Source: an uncultured Sphingomonas sp. (lineage in GTDB: Bacteria > Pseudomonadota > Alphaproteobacteria > Sphingomonadales > Sphingomonadaceae). Taken from it: a stretch of 64,000 nt of DNA. Positions within the stretch are counted from its first letter, which is position 1; each line of letters starts with the position of its first letter. This document shows positions 48,868 to 59,120 of the stretch, in pieces. The translations under genes were made by a program, and so were the position numbers. Below the pieces are notes generated by a model that saw nothing but the letters and a program-made list of their open reading frames with translations, made no database searches and had not been told where the DNA came from. The DNA lies in the NCBI RefSeq assembly GCF_913774285.1, contig NZ_CAJYHX010000017.1, forward strand, positions 2,873 through 66,872, in the 5' to 3' direction.

Positions 48868-49623
48868 ATGCGCCGCAAGCTGGTCGCCGGAAACTGGAAG
48901 ATGCACGGCATGCGTTCGCACTTGCGGGAGATCGACGCGATCGCTGCTGCGGCGCGGGCACATCCCCAGGTCGATGCCCTGCTCTGCGTGCCCTATACCC
49001 TGATCGCCGCCGCCGCGGACATCGCTCCCGACTTCACGATCGGCGCGCAGGATGTGCACGAGAATGACCAGGGCGCCCATACCGGCGACGTCTCGGCACC
49101 GATGCTGGTCGAGGCGGGCGCGAGGGTGGTGATCGTCGGCCATTCCGAGCGCCGCGCCGACCATGCGGAGACCAGCCACCACACCTGGGCCAAGGCCGCG
49201 GCCGCGCGCCGACACGGGCTGAACGTGATCCTGTGCTGCGGCGAGACCGAGGCCGAGCACGATGCCGGTCGCGCCGAGCGCATCGTCCAGTCGCAAATCG
49301 AAAAGTCGCTGCCCGACGGTGCCTCGCCCGACTGGCTGACCATTGCCTATGAGCCGCGCTGGGCGATCGGCACCGGCAAGACGCCGACGCTCGACGAAAT
49401 TGCCACGATGCACGCGATCCTGCGCGCCAAGCTGCGCGGCATGATCGGCCTGTCGGCCAACGAGATGCGGATCCTCTACGGTGGATCGGTTAGCGGCGCC
49501 AACGCGGCGTCGATACTGGCAGTCGAGGATGTCGACGGTGCGCTGGTCGGCGGCGCGAGCCTCACCGCCGCTAAGTTCGTGCCGATCATCGAGGCGGCGG
49601 CGCAAATAGCGACGGCGGATTAA
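48868..49623 (+). CDS. tpiA: Triosephosphate isomerase
   Basis: LVAGNWKMHG, GAQDVH, GAHTGD, IVGHSERR, AYEPRWAIGTG, LYGGSV, LVGGASL. Confidence 0.98.
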   Translation: MRRKLVAGNWKMHGMRSHLREIDAIAAAARAHPQVDALLCVPYTLIAAAADIAPDFTIGAQDVHENDQGAHTGDVSAPMLVEAGARVVIVGHSERRADHAETSHHTWAKAAAARRHGLNVILCCGETEAEHDAGRAERIVQSQIEKSLPDGASPDWLTIAYEPRWAIGTGKTPTLDEIATMHAILRAKLRGMIGLSANEMRILYGGSVSGANAASILAVEDVDGALVGGASLTAAKFVPIIEAAAQIATAD

Positions 49624-49657
49624 CCTGTTGGCGGGGGTCTGGCGCTACAAGGCCTCC

Positions 49658-51625
49658 ATGCTGCCGCGGATTCACCTTGTACGTTCGGGAAGGACCAAGC
49701 TCGATCGAGCGATCCTGACCGAGCAGTATCGGGTGCTCGGGCAGCAGATTCCGCTGATGTACACGCTCGTCTTCCTCGACGCGGTGTTCCTCGGCTTCGC
49801 TTCCTATGGGTCGGTGTCGACGCGGCTGAGCGTGGTCGCGCCCATCCTGCTGGGTATCGCGGCGGCGGTGCGCAGCCTCTTGTGGGTTGCACGACGCGGC
49901 GATTCGATACCGAGCCTTCGCCGGATTCGCCGCTATCTGGTCGGCACGATCGTCGCGGCCGCCATCCTCAGCCTCGCATTCGGCGGATGGGCGCTGGTGC
50001 TGTTCGTCGAGGCGGATCTGGCGCGGCGCACCTGCATCGCGCTTTACATCTTCATCGGTGCGATCACGTGTTGCTATTGCTTGCAGACCTTCCCGATCGC
50101 CGCCTGGCTGGTGATGGCCTGCGGTGCCTCGCCAGTGATCGCCTGTCTGATCGTCTCGGGTGACCGGTTCCTGGTCGGGCTGGGCATCAACATCATTCTG
50201 GTCTCTGCCGTCGTGCTGCGGATGTTCGGGGCGACCCATGCAGGGTTCGTCGACGTGCTCGCCTCGCGCGCCGAGATGGCGGCCGGCCAGCGCCGCGCCC
50301 GGCTGGCCGAGCAGCGCGCGCACCAGCTAGCCTATCACGATCCCCTGACGGGCCTGCCCAATCGCCGCGCGCTCACCGAATATCTGCGCGACGCTGAGCC
50401 GCATCGCTTCGGGCTGATGCTGGTCGATCTCGACCGCTTCAAGTCGATCAACGACGTGCATGGCCATCCGATCGGCGACCAGCTGCTCCGCGCCGTCGCA
50501 GGTAGGCTGAGCTGGGTGGTGGGCGAGGGCGGTCGAAGCTACCGGCTGGGCGGCGACGAGTTCGCGATCACGCTGCCGTTCGACGGCGACGATCTCGATC
50601 GGGTGCGCAGCGTCGCCCACGCCATCGTGCGTGAGGTGGCGCGGCCGTTTCTGATCGACGAGCGCATGCACCATATCGGCGCCAGTGTCGGTATCGCGCT
50701 TTATCCTGAGGACGCGCGCGACGCGGACACGCTGATGCGCCGCGCCGACGTTGCGCTGTATCAGGCCAAGGAGGCCGGGCGCGGCTGCTATTGTGCCTTT
50801 GCCAGCCAGATGGATGCCGAGATCCGACGCCGCTCGACCATCGAGGCGGAGATGCGCGACGGGCTCACCCAGGGGCTGTTCTACCCGCGCTACCAGCCGA
50901 TCATCGACCTGCGCACCGGCCATGTCACCGGCTTCGAGCTGCTCGCCCGCTGGCGCCGCGAGGACGCCGAGATCGGGCCCGACCAGTTCATCCCGATCGC
51001 CGAGGAATGCGGGCTGCTCAACACGCTGATGCTCGACCTGCTCGACCGTGCCTGTTCGGAGACGCGGGACTGGCCGGTGCCGGCAAGCATTGCGATCAAC
51101 ATCTCGCCCGGCCAGCTGCGCGACGACTGGCTGAGCCACAAGATCCTCTCCGTGCTCGCTCGCACCGGCTTCCCGCCGCAGCGCCTGACCGTGGAGATCA
51201 CCGAGAACGCGCTGATCGTCGATGCCGAGAAGGCGCACCATGCGATCGAGTCGCTGAAGAACCAGGGCGTGCAGCTGGCACTCGACGATTTCGGCACCGG
51301 CTACGCCTCGATCCAGCATCTCCGCATGCTGCCGTTCGACAAGATCAAGATCGACCGTTCCTTCGTCGAGTCGCTGAGCGAGAGCACCGAGAAGCTGCGG
51401 ATCGTCCGCGCCATCCTGGGCTTGGCCAGCACGCTGGAGCTGCCCGTGGTGGCCGAGGGAATAGAGACGCTGGAAGCGGCCGAGATGCTGCGCGCGCTGG
51501 GCTGCGCGCAGGGGCAGGGCTATCTGTTCGGCCGACCGATGGACAAGGAAGAAGTCGAGCGCTGGCTCGCCGACGGCGTGATGCCGCCGGCGGCCGAAGC
51601 ACTTATCCGCCGTACCGGTCTTTGA
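49658..51625 (+). CDS. Membrane-bound GGDEF-EAL diguanylate cyclase/phosphodiesterase
   Basis: ~5 TM segments, HDPLTGLPNRR, DLDRFKSIND, RLGGDEF (no RxxD I-site), GFELLARW, LDDFGTGYAS, VAEGIE, QGYLF. Confidence 0.93.
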   Translation: MLPRIHLVRSGRTKLDRAILTEQYRVLGQQIPLMYTLVFLDAVFLGFASYGSVSTRLSVVAPILLGIAAAVRSLLWVARRGDSIPSLRRIRRYLVGTIVAAAILSLAFGGWALVLFVEADLARRTCIALYIFIGAITCCYCLQTFPIAAWLVMACGASPVIACLIVSGDRFLVGLGINIILVSAVVLRMFGATHAGFVDVLASRAEMAAGQRRARLAEQRAHQLAYHDPLTGLPNRRALTEYLRDAEPHRFGLMLVDLDRFKSINDVHGHPIGDQLLRAVAGRLSWVVGEGGRSYRLGGDEFAITLPFDGDDLDRVRSVAHAIVREVARPFLIDERMHHIGASVGIALYPEDARDADTLMRRADVALYQAKEAGRGCYCAFASQMDAEIRRRSTIEAEMRDGLTQGLFYPRYQPIIDLRTGHVTGFELLARWRREDAEIGPDQFIPIAEECGLLNTLMLDLLDRACSETRDWPVPASIAINISPGQLRDDWLSHKILSVLARTGFPPQRLTVEITENALIVDAEKAHHAIESLKNQGVQLALDDFGTGYASIQHLRMLPFDKIKIDRSFVESLSESTEKLRIVRAILGLASTLELPVVAEGIETLEAAEMLRALGCAQGQGYLFGRPMDKEEVERWLADGVMPPAAEALIRRTGL

Positions 51626-52997
51626 GCACCTTCCAGGTGGCGCGCAGACTCACCGCTTCCGCGCCCTTGGGGCGGCCCGGCTTGGCGCTGCCGTTCCAGC
51701 AGAAGATGTCGAAATGGGCCCACTGGGCCTTGGCCGGCACGAATTCCTTGAGGAACAGCGCGGCGGTGATGGCGCCGCCGAACGGACCCTCGGCCGCGTT
51801 GACCATGTCCGCCACATCCGACTTCAGCAGATCCTTGTAGGGATCGTAGAGCGGCATCCGCCAGATCGGGTCGGCCTCTTCCTCGCCGGCCGCAAGGATC
51901 TCGGCTGCCAGCGTGTCGTCATTGGCGAACAGCGCCTGCAGGTCCGCGCCGAGCGCCACGCGGGCGGCGCCGGTCAGCGTTGCGAAGTCGAACACCAGCT
52001 CCGGATTCTTCTCTTCCGCCTTGGTCAGGGCGTCGCCCAGGATCAGGCGGCCTTCGGCATCGGTGTTGCTGTTCTCGACGGTGATGCCCTTGCGCGAGAT
52101 CATCACGTCGCCCGGCCGCGTCGCTTCGCCCGAGATCGAATTCTCGACCGCGGGGACGAGCATGTGGAGCCTTACCGGCAGCTTGTTCTGCATGACCAGT
52201 TCGGCGAGCGCGAGGGCGTGGGCGGCACCGCCCATGTCCTTCTTCATCAGCCGCATGCCGGCCGCCGGCTTGATGTCGAGACCGCCGCTGTCGAAGCAGA
52301 CGCCCTTGCCGATGATCGCGATGCGCGGATGTTCGGGATTGCCCCATTCGAGCTCGATCAGCCGCGGCTCGCGCCCCTTGCCGGCGGCCTGGCCAACGGC
52401 GTGGAGCATGCCGTAGCCCTGCTTCAGCTCGTCGCCCTTCACCACCGAGAAGGTGGCGCCATAGGCCTTGGCGAGCTCGGCGCCGGCGTCTTCGAGGTCG
52501 GCCGGGCTCATGTCATTGGCGCCGGTGTTGATCCGGTCACGCAGCTTGAAGGTGACGGCGGCCATGCGCACCGCCTCTTCCATCTTCACCGGATCGGCGG
52601 TGAGCAGCACGCGCGGGCCCTGCGCCTTGGGATCGGCTTTCTTGTAGCGATCGAACTTGTACTGCGCGACCAGCCAGCCATAGATCGCCTTGCCCGGCTC
52701 GACACCTTCGACGCGGTAGCTGCCCTCGGGGAGCGTTTCGGCCAGCTTGGCGAGGCACCAGGGGCCAAGCTTCTCGGTATCGGCGACGACCGAGACGACC
52801 GACCAGTCCTCGGGTGCGTCGCCGGGCAGGACCGCGCTGGAGAAGGCCGAGCCGCTGAGCTTTTGCGCGGCAGCGGCAGCGCGGTGGCGCGGCGGCTGGG
52901 CGGCGAGCCAGGCGTCGTAGCCCTTGGCGTCGATCAGGTGGATGGTGCGAGCGGGCTGGCCGCGATCGGGCTGAACGAGCGTGTTGAGATCCGTCAT
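51603..52997 (-). CDS. M17 leucyl aminopeptidase family protein
   Basis: IGKGVCFDSGGLDIK, MKKDMGGAA, NTDAEGRLILGDAL, DFATLTGA, GAITAALFL; 3' end overlaps the GGDEF-EAL gene by 23 nt. Confidence 0.93.
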   Translation of the reverse strand: MTDLNTLVQPDRGQPARTIHLIDAKGYDAWLAAQPPRHRAAAAAQKLSGSAFSSAVLPGDAPEDWSVVSVVADTEKLGPWCLAKLAETLPEGSYRVEGVEPGKAIYGWLVAQYKFDRYKKADPKAQGPRVLLTADPVKMEEAVRMAAVTFKLRDRINTGANDMSPADLEDAGAELAKAYGATFSVVKGDELKQGYGMLHAVGQAAGKGREPRLIELEWGNPEHPRIAIIGKGVCFDSGGLDIKPAAGMRLMKKDMGGAAHALALAELVMQNKLPVRLHMLVPAVENSISGEATRPGDVMISRKGITVENSNTDAEGRLILGDALTKAEEKNPELVFDFATLTGAARVALGADLQALFANDDTLAAEILAAGEEEADPIWRMPLYDPYKDLLKSDVADMVNAAEGPFGGAITAALFLKEFVPAKAQWAHFDIFCWNGSAKPGRPKGAEAVSLRATWKVLKDRYGG

Positions 52998-53040
52998 GCG
53001 CCTGATCTAGGACGCCGCGCGCCCCGCGCCTAGCCCGGAC

Positions 53041-53064
53041 CCCCCTGGTTTTTTGGCCAGGGGG
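53041..53064. terminator. Hairpin downstream of the 53072 gene (possible terminator)
   Basis: CCCCCTGG-TTTTTTGG-CCAGGGGG, perfect 8-bp stem. Confidence 0.45.
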
Positions 53065-53071
53065 CGCCGGA

Positions 53072-53713
53072 TCACTTGGCCGCGGGCAGCGAGGTCTTCC
53101 AACGCGCGTCAAGCCTGGCCTGGGCATGGTCGCGCTTCACCTTCGCGACCAGCGAGATGCCGCGGAGCGTGACGCTGTGTCCGCCGAGAAACTTGCCCGA
53201 GATGGTATAGCCGACGTCGTACAGCGCCACGTCCTCGTGCGGGTCGCCGTCCGCCAGATACTGGGTGACGATTGCCACCGGCAGCCGCTCGTCGCCGCGG
53301 CTGTTGTCGGGCAGTCCGGCGGCCTCGCGCGCCTTGACCAGCGCATGCTCGAACCAGCCCCCCTCGATACGCGGCTCGCCGGTGGTCGTGGCGGGGGAGA
53401 CGCCGAGGGCGGTCGGAAACAGGATCGTTTGACTCTGCACCGATTGCTCGGCAGCGGCGGGCCTGAGCGCCAGCGTCTGCTTGCCGCCATCGGCTGCAAC
53501 CAGCACCAGCTTCGCCACCTTGGCGGAGGCGCGCTGCTCGGTGGCCGCCTTCTCGGCCTTGGTCTCGCGGCGATCGTTCCAGTTGTTCCAGAGGGTCAGG
53601 CCGGAAATCAGCACGGCGGCTACCCCCAGCACCTCGCCCAGCGTGATCCACCGCCGCCGCACCTTGGCGGCTTCGGCGCGATCCTTGGCGCGGCTTTCGG
53701 CCTCGTCGCTCAT
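53072..53713 (-). CDS. Hypothetical single-TM protein
   Basis: Start MSDEAESRAK, overlapping the serine hydrolase stop; RRRWITLGEVLGVAAVLISGLTLWNNW TM segment. Confidence 0.75.
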   Translation of the reverse strand: MSDEAESRAKDRAEAAKVRRRWITLGEVLGVAAVLISGLTLWNNWNDRRETKAEKAATEQRASAKVAKLVLVAADGGKQTLALRPAAAEQSVQSQTILFPTALGVSPATTTGEPRIEGGWFEHALVKAREAAGLPDNSRGDERLPVAIVTQYLADGDPHEDVALYDVGYTISGKFLGGHSVTLRGISLVAKVKRDHAQARLDARWKTSLPAAK

Positions 53714-55110
53714 CGCGGCATCACCAGGAACTGCTCGAACTTGCCGTCGGCACCGGGCTCGGCATAGGTCACGGCGATCAGCTGGCGATCCTTGTAGCGG
53801 ATCATGTAGTTGCGGTTGACGAAGCCGCCACGCAGCCGCGCCTTGCCGATCGGCGTGAAGGCCAGCGGCTCGCCCAGCGGTGCAAGGCTCTCGCGATAGT
53901 CGCCAAGGGCGGTGGCATCGAAGTAATAATTGGCATCCTCGGTCATCAGGCTGCGATCGGGCGTGCCGACCCGGAGCTGGTCGAAGAGCTTGCGCGCGAG
54001 CGCGTCGCGCTGCTGGTCGAGCGTCGGGGCGGCGGCAGGCTTGGCGACCGGCAGCAGCAGATCGGTAATACCTTGCGCGATGATGTCGTGCGCACCGCCG
54101 AAATCGGCGCTGACCAGCGAGACGACCGCGAACTTTTCCTCCGGGATGACCACGTTGCTCGACAGGAAGCCGACCGCCTCGCCGCCATGCGATACTTCCT
54201 TCTTGCCGCCATGCTCGCCCAGCGACACGCCAAGGCCGTAATGGGTCGGCGCGCCATCGGCGAGCTTCACCTCGGTTTCCTGGACCGCCCAGTCCTCGGG
54301 GGTGAGCACCTTGCGATCGATGCGCGCGATGTCCCACTTGGCGAGATCGGCGGCGCTCATCGCCAGCTCGCCGGCCGCCCAAAGCCAGCCATCGGCGGCA
54401 GGCTTCGCAGGACGCACGGGCCCCAACGCATTGCGGTGCGTGCCCTGCGGGAAGCCCTTGCCGACCGCCTTGTCCTGGTCGATCGCCTGCATGCCCAGCG
54501 GCTTGAAGATCTTCGCCTGGAGGTAGTCGAGCAGCTTCTTGCCCGACGCCTTCTCGATGATCATGCCGGCGACGACATAGCCGGTGTTAGAATATTGCCA
54601 GGCGGTGCCGGGGGTGAAGTCGAGGGGCTTCTTCGCCCAGCGATCGACGATCTGTTGCGGCGTCACCGCCGTCTCCATAGCTTTGAAGCTATAGTCCTGT
54701 GGCCAGTAATCCTGCAGGCCGGCGGTGTGGCTGAGCAGCTGGCGAATGGTGATCTTGTCGGCATCGGTGACGTCCGGTACCCATTTCGACACCTTGTCGT
54801 CGAGGCTCAGCTTGCCCTCGTCCTCCAGCAGCAGGATCGCCGCGGCGGTGAACTGCTTGGAGATTGACGCGATCTGGTACTTGGCATTGACGTCCGGGCC
54901 CTTGGCGATGCCCGGACCCTGGTCGCCATAGGCCTTGGTGAAGACGATCTTGCCGTCGCGCACGATCGCGATCGAGGCGGACGGCACACCGCTGCTCTTC
55001 AGCGCGTCGGCGACGATCGTGTCGACCTTCGCGGTCTGCTCCGCGGTAAGCTGCTGGGCGGCAGCGGGGGTGGCGATCAGCAGGGTGGCGGCAAGGGCGG
55101 AACGGAACAT
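53710..55110 (-). CDS. Serine hydrolase, beta-lactamase/AmpC-like family, secreted
   Basis: Signal peptide MFRSALAATLLIATPAAA, IASISKQF (SxxK), LLSHTAG, WQYSNTGY, HGG. Confidence 0.9.
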   Translation of the reverse strand: MFRSALAATLLIATPAAAQQLTAEQTAKVDTIVADALKSSGVPSASIAIVRDGKIVFTKAYGDQGPGIAKGPDVNAKYQIASISKQFTAAAILLLEDEGKLSLDDKVSKWVPDVTDADKITIRQLLSHTAGLQDYWPQDYSFKAMETAVTPQQIVDRWAKKPLDFTPGTAWQYSNTGYVVAGMIIEKASGKKLLDYLQAKIFKPLGMQAIDQDKAVGKGFPQGTHRNALGPVRPAKPAADGWLWAAGELAMSAADLAKWDIARIDRKVLTPEDWAVQETEVKLADGAPTHYGLGVSLGEHGGKKEVSHGGEAVGFLSSNVVIPEEKFAVVSLVSADFGGAHDIIAQGITDLLLPVAKPAAAPTLDQQRDALARKLFDQLRVGTPDRSLMTEDANYYFDATALGDYRESLAPLGEPLAFTPIGKARLRGGFVNRNYMIRYKDRQLIAVTYAEPGADGKFEQFLVMPR

Positions 55111-55170
55111 CGGGCCTCCGGGAGATGATCCCAAAGGCTTAGCGCCGCCCGCGCACCCTGCCAACGACGA

Positions 55171-56502
55171 TCAGCCCATCGGCACGCCGTACAGGTCGTG
55201 TTCGTCCGCGTCCTCGATGAGGACCTTCACGATGTCGCCCTGTTCCAGATGGCCGGAGTCGCGCAGGAACACTTCGCCGTCGATCTCCGGCGCATCGGCC
55301 TGGCTGCGGCCGGTGGCGCCGCCATCCTCGTCGACCGCGTCGATGATGACTTCGAGCTGGCGGCCGATCTTCGCCTGGAGCTTGGCGGCGCTGATCGCGG
55401 CGGTCTTCTCCATGATCCGGGCGTAGCGCTCTTCCTTGACCTCTTCCGGCACCGCGCCGGGCAGGTCGTTGGCCGAGGCGCCCTCGACAGGCTCGAAGCG
55501 GAACGCGCCGACGCGGTCGAGCTGGGCTTCGTCGAGCCAGTCGAGAAGATACTGGAAGTCTTCTTCGGTCTCGCCGGGGAAGCCGACGACGAAGGTCGAG
55601 CGGATCGCGATGTCCGGACAGATCTCGCGCCAGCCGCGCAACCGCTCGAGCACCTTGGCTTCGTTGGCCGGGCGCTTCATCGCGCGCAGCACATTGGGCG
55701 CCGCATGCTGGAACGGGATGTCGAGATAGGGGAGCACCAGCCCCTCCGCCATCAACGGGATCACCTGATCCACATGGGGGTAGGGGTAGACATAGTGCAA
55801 CCGCACCCAGGGCGCGATCTGGCCGAGCTCGCGGGCGAGGTCGGTCATGTGGGGCACGACCTCGCGGCCCTTCCACGCACGCGGCTCCTTGCGGATGTCG
55901 ATGCCATAGGCCGAGGTGTCCTGGCTGATGACCAGCAGTTCCTTTGTGCCGGCGGCGACCAGCTTCTCCGCCTCGCGCAGGATCGCATCGGGTCGGCGGC
56001 TGACGAGATCGCCGCGCAGCGACGGGATGATGCAGAAGCTGCAGCGATGGTTGCAGCCTTCCGAGATCTTCAGATAGCTGTAATGGCGCGGCGTGAGCTT
56101 CAGCCCGCTGTCCGGCACCAGGTTGACGAAAGGCGAGGGCGGCATCGGCGCCGCGTCATGCACCGCGCCGACGACTTCCTCATATTGATGCGCGCCGGTG
56201 ACCGCGAGCACATTGGGGAAGCGGGCGCGGATGACTTCGGCTTCCTTGCCCATGCAGCCGGTGACGATCACGCGGCCATTCTCGGCAATCGCCTCGCCGA
56301 TCGCCTCGAGCGACTCTTCCTTGGCGCTGTCCAGGAAGCCGCAGGTATTCACCAGCACGACGTCCGCGCCGGCATAGTCCGGCGACAGCGCATAGCCGTC
56401 CGAACGGAGCTTCGTGAGGATACGCTCGGAGTCGACCAGATTCTTGGGACAGCCGAGCGACACCATGCCCACCTTGGGGGCTTCGGGGAGTCGCGTTGCC
56501 AT
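55171..56502 (-). CDS. rimO: Ribosomal protein S12 methylthiotransferase
   Basis: [32 protein letters not shown] radical-SAM motif, C-terminal TRAM domain with DAPEIDG. Confidence 0.97.
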   Translation of the reverse strand: MATRLPEAPKVGMVSLGCPKNLVDSERILTKLRSDGYALSPDYAGADVVLVNTCGFLDSAKEESLEAIGEAIAENGRVIVTGCMGKEAEVIRARFPNVLAVTGAHQYEEVVGAVHDAAPMPPSPFVNLVPDSGLKLTPRHYSYLKISEGCNHRCSFCIIPSLRGDLVSRRPDAILREAEKLVAAGTKELLVISQDTSAYGIDIRKEPRAWKGREVVPHMTDLARELGQIAPWVRLHYVYPYPHVDQVIPLMAEGLVLPYLDIPFQHAAPNVLRAMKRPANEAKVLERLRGWREICPDIAIRSTFVVGFPGETEEDFQYLLDWLDEAQLDRVGAFRFEPVEGASANDLPGAVPEEVKEERYARIMEKTAAISAAKLQAKIGRQLEVIIDAVDEDGGATGRSQADAPEIDGEVFLRDSGHLEQGDIVKVLIEDADEHDLYGVPMG

Positions 56503-56616
56503 GATCGTTGGCGCACATAGGCCTTTTCGCGGAAATTGCCAGCCATGGGGCGTTTACGGATGGCCGATTCGGCCCGCCATGGTACGGGCAGGCCAGCAAC
56601 ACCGGGAGATTTCGTC

Positions 56617-57132
56617 ATGACCGCGACCACCGAAGAGCCTGTCCAGCTGCCGACCCGCTCCGGGCTCATCATCGACGTGCGCACCGTGCGTCCCGACGAC
56701 GAGGCGCTGCTCAAGGACTTTTTCGATCACGTCTCGAACGAGGATCGTCGCTTCCGCTTCTTCACCGCGGCCCCGCAGCTCCAGCCGCACCAGGCCAAGG
56801 CGCTGATCGAGGTCGATCACCACAAGACCGAGAGCTATCTGGCGTTCACCGCAGAGGGCGAGCTGGTCGGCTCGGGCATGCTCGCCTGCGACGATGCGCT
56901 GGAGACCGCCGAGGTCGCGATCTCGATCCGCGCGGATCGCAAGGGGCAGGGGGTGGGCTGGAGCCTGCTCAACTACATCAGCGCCGAGGCCAAGGCCCGC
57001 GGCGTGAAGCGGCTCCAGTCGATCGAGAGCCGCGAGAACCACCTCGCGATCGAGTTGGAGCGCGAAATGGGCTTCGTCGCGCGCGAAGTCGAGGGCGATC
57101 CCAGCGTGGTGCTGCTCGAAACGGTGTTCTGA
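56617..57132 (+). CDS. GNAT N-acetyltransferase resembling the Pat/PatZ GNAT domain
   Basis: VRTVRPDDE..EDRRFRFF, AEVAISIRADRKGQGVGWSLL, ENHLAIELEREMGF. Confidence 0.85.
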   Translation: MTATTEEPVQLPTRSGLIIDVRTVRPDDEALLKDFFDHVSNEDRRFRFFTAAPQLQPHQAKALIEVDHHKTESYLAFTAEGELVGSGMLACDDALETAEVAISIRADRKGQGVGWSLLNYISAEAKARGVKRLQSIESRENHLAIELEREMGFVAREVEGDPSVVLLETVF

Positions 57133-57134
57133 TC

Positions 57135-57167
57135 GAGGGTGCCCCGGCCGAAACCGGGGCACCTCTC
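57135..57167. terminator. Hairpin between the convergent GNAT and amn genes
   Basis: GGTGCCCCGG-CCGAAA-CCGGGGCACC, 10-bp stem. Confidence 0.6.
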
Positions 57168-57172
57168 TGGCG

Positions 57173-58609
57173 TCAACGGAACGGCGGTTCGTTGAACGCG
57201 CGCAGCTTGCGGCTGTGGAGCTTGGCGCCTTCGCGGCGCAGTTCCTCGCAGGCCTCGATGCCGATCTTGAGATGCTCGGCGATCGCGCGCTCGTAGAAGC
57301 GGTTGGCCTGGCCCGGCAGCTTGAGTTCGCCGTGGAGCGGCTTGTCGGAAACGCAGAGCAGCGTCCCATAGGGCACGCGGAAGCGATAGCCCTGCGCCGC
57401 CAGCGTCGCCGACTCCATGTCGACGCCCACCGCCCGGCTCAGCGAGAAGCGCAGCGCCGACTGCGAATAGCGCAGCTCCCAGTTGCGGTCGTCGGTGGTG
57501 ACGATCGTGCCGGTGCGAAGCCGCTGCTTGAGCTCGTCGCCCGACTGGCCCGAGACCGTCTCGGCCGCCCGCGCCAGCGCCTGCTGGACTTCGGCGATAG
57601 CGGGGATGGGGATCTCCGGCGGCAGCACGTCGTCCATGATGTGGTCGTCGCGCAGATAGGCATGGGCGAGGACATAGTCGCCGATCCGCTGGCTGGGGCG
57701 CAGGCCGCCGCAATGGCCGATCATCAGCCACGCCTCGGGGCGGATCACCGCGAGGTGATCGGTGATCGTCTTCGCGTTGGACGGGCCGACGCCGATATTG
57801 ACCAGCGTGATGCCCGTGCCGCCCTCGGCCATCAGGTGGTAGGCGGGCATCTGGTGCCGCCGCCACGCGCCGTCGCTGACCAGCCGGTCGGCGTCCGCCG
57901 CATCCTCGATCACGATTCCGCCCGCGCCCGACACGCCGGTGAAGCGGCTGTTGGGGCCCAGCTGGGCGCAGGCCCAGCGGACGAACTCGTCGACATAGCG
58001 GTGATAGTTGGTGAACAGGATATATTGCTGGAAATGCTCGACCGGCGTGCCGGTGTAATGCTTGAGCCGTGCCAGCGAGAAATCGGTGCGCAGCGCATCG
58101 AACAGCGCCAGCGGCCGGGTCTCGTCCTGGCTGATCCAGATGCCGTCGGCGATCTCGTCGCCGATATGCGACAGCTCGGTCGCTGGGAAGTGGCGGCCCA
58201 GCTCCGTCGCCGAGATGTCGTCGAGGCTCAGGATCGTGTTGGGATCAAGCACATAGGGGAAGGGGATTTCCTGTCGCCCGGTGACGGCGTGCACCTCGAC
58301 GTCATAATCCTCGATTAGGAAGGTGAGCTGCTCGGTCAGGTACTCGGCGAACATCGCCGGGCGCGTCACCGAGATGCGGTAGTCGCCCGCCTCGACCAGC
58401 CGGCCGAACGAGCGGCGCGGGATCGGCTTGTTGACCCCGCCGCGATAGGTGACGCGGAGCTCCGGATAGGCGAAGCTGCCGTCGGTCCGCGTCTCGGGAT
58501 CGGGCGTGGTGCCGTCGGTGATGTAGCGGTTGAGCGCCTGCTGCAGTCGTTCGACCGAGGCGCGATAGAGCCGATCCAGGTCGGCGACGATATCGGAGGC
58601 TTGAGTCAT
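57173..58609 (-). CDS. amn: AMP nucleosidase
   Basis: FAYPEL, PLALFDALRTDFSLARLKHYTGT, LFTNYHRYVDEF, NIGVGPSNAKT, GHCGGL, DMESAT, SDKPLHG. Confidence 0.97.
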   Translation of the reverse strand: MTQASDIVADLDRLYRASVERLQQALNRYITDGTTPDPETRTDGSFAYPELRVTYRGGVNKPIPRRSFGRLVEAGDYRISVTRPAMFAEYLTEQLTFLIEDYDVEVHAVTGRQEIPFPYVLDPNTILSLDDISATELGRHFPATELSHIGDEIADGIWISQDETRPLALFDALRTDFSLARLKHYTGTPVEHFQQYILFTNYHRYVDEFVRWACAQLGPNSRFTGVSGAGGIVIEDAADADRLVSDGAWRRHQMPAYHLMAEGGTGITLVNIGVGPSNAKTITDHLAVIRPEAWLMIGHCGGLRPSQRIGDYVLAHAYLRDDHIMDDVLPPEIPIPAIAEVQQALARAAETVSGQSGDELKQRLRTGTIVTTDDRNWELRYSQSALRFSLSRAVGVDMESATLAAQGYRFRVPYGTLLCVSDKPLHGELKLPGQANRFYERAIAEHLKIGIEACEELRREGAKLHSRKLRAFNEPPFR

Positions 58610-58665
58610 CTTCCATCGCTAAGCGCGGAAGATGACGCTGGCAAGTCGGCGGTGAAACGAGCGAC

Positions 58666-59115
58666 TCAGCTGATCCCCAGATCCCCCGGTCCGAAGGCCT
58701 GGGGCAGCAGCTCGGACAGCCGGTAGCTCGCCACCGCATCGCCCTCGGCCGCGCCGCAATGGACGGGCAGGTCGCGCTTGCCGAGCTGCGCGGCCTCGTT
58801 GATCACCTGGCGGCAGCGGCCGCAGGGGCTGACCGGCGCGGTTCCGGTGGGCACCCCGTCCGCGCCGATCGGGCCGCCGATCACCGCGATCTCCGCCACG
58901 TCGCGGAGGCGCCCCTGCGCCGAGACCGTCGCCAGCGCCACCGTCTCGGCGCAGAGCGACAGGCCGTAGCTGGCATTCTCGAAGTTCGCGCCGGTCACCA
59001 CCGTGCCGTCGGTCAGCAGCACCGCGGCACCCACGCCGAAGTTGGAATAGGGCGCGTGTGCGTTGCGCGCGGCAATGCGGGCGGCTGCGATCAGCGCGCT
59101 GGTGTCGGTCGTCAT
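58666..59115 (-). CDS. cdd: Cytidine deaminase
   Basis: AHAPYSNFGVGAA, GANFENASYGLSLCAE, SPCGRCRQ, LLPQAF. Confidence 0.95.
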   Translation of the reverse strand: MTTDTSALIAAARIAARNAHAPYSNFGVGAAVLLTDGTVVTGANFENASYGLSLCAETVALATVSAQGRLRDVAEIAVIGGPIGADGVPTGTAPVSPCGRCRQVINEAAQLGKRDLPVHCGAAEGDAVASYRLSELLPQAFGPGDLGIS

Positions 59116-59120
59116 GAAAT

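Noticed and set aside
53710-55110. Serine hydrolase as an antibiotic-resistance beta-lactamase
   Set aside because: SxxK and YxN motifs are shared by many peptidases and esterases, and the class C KTG triad is replaced by HGG; resistance cannot be claimed.
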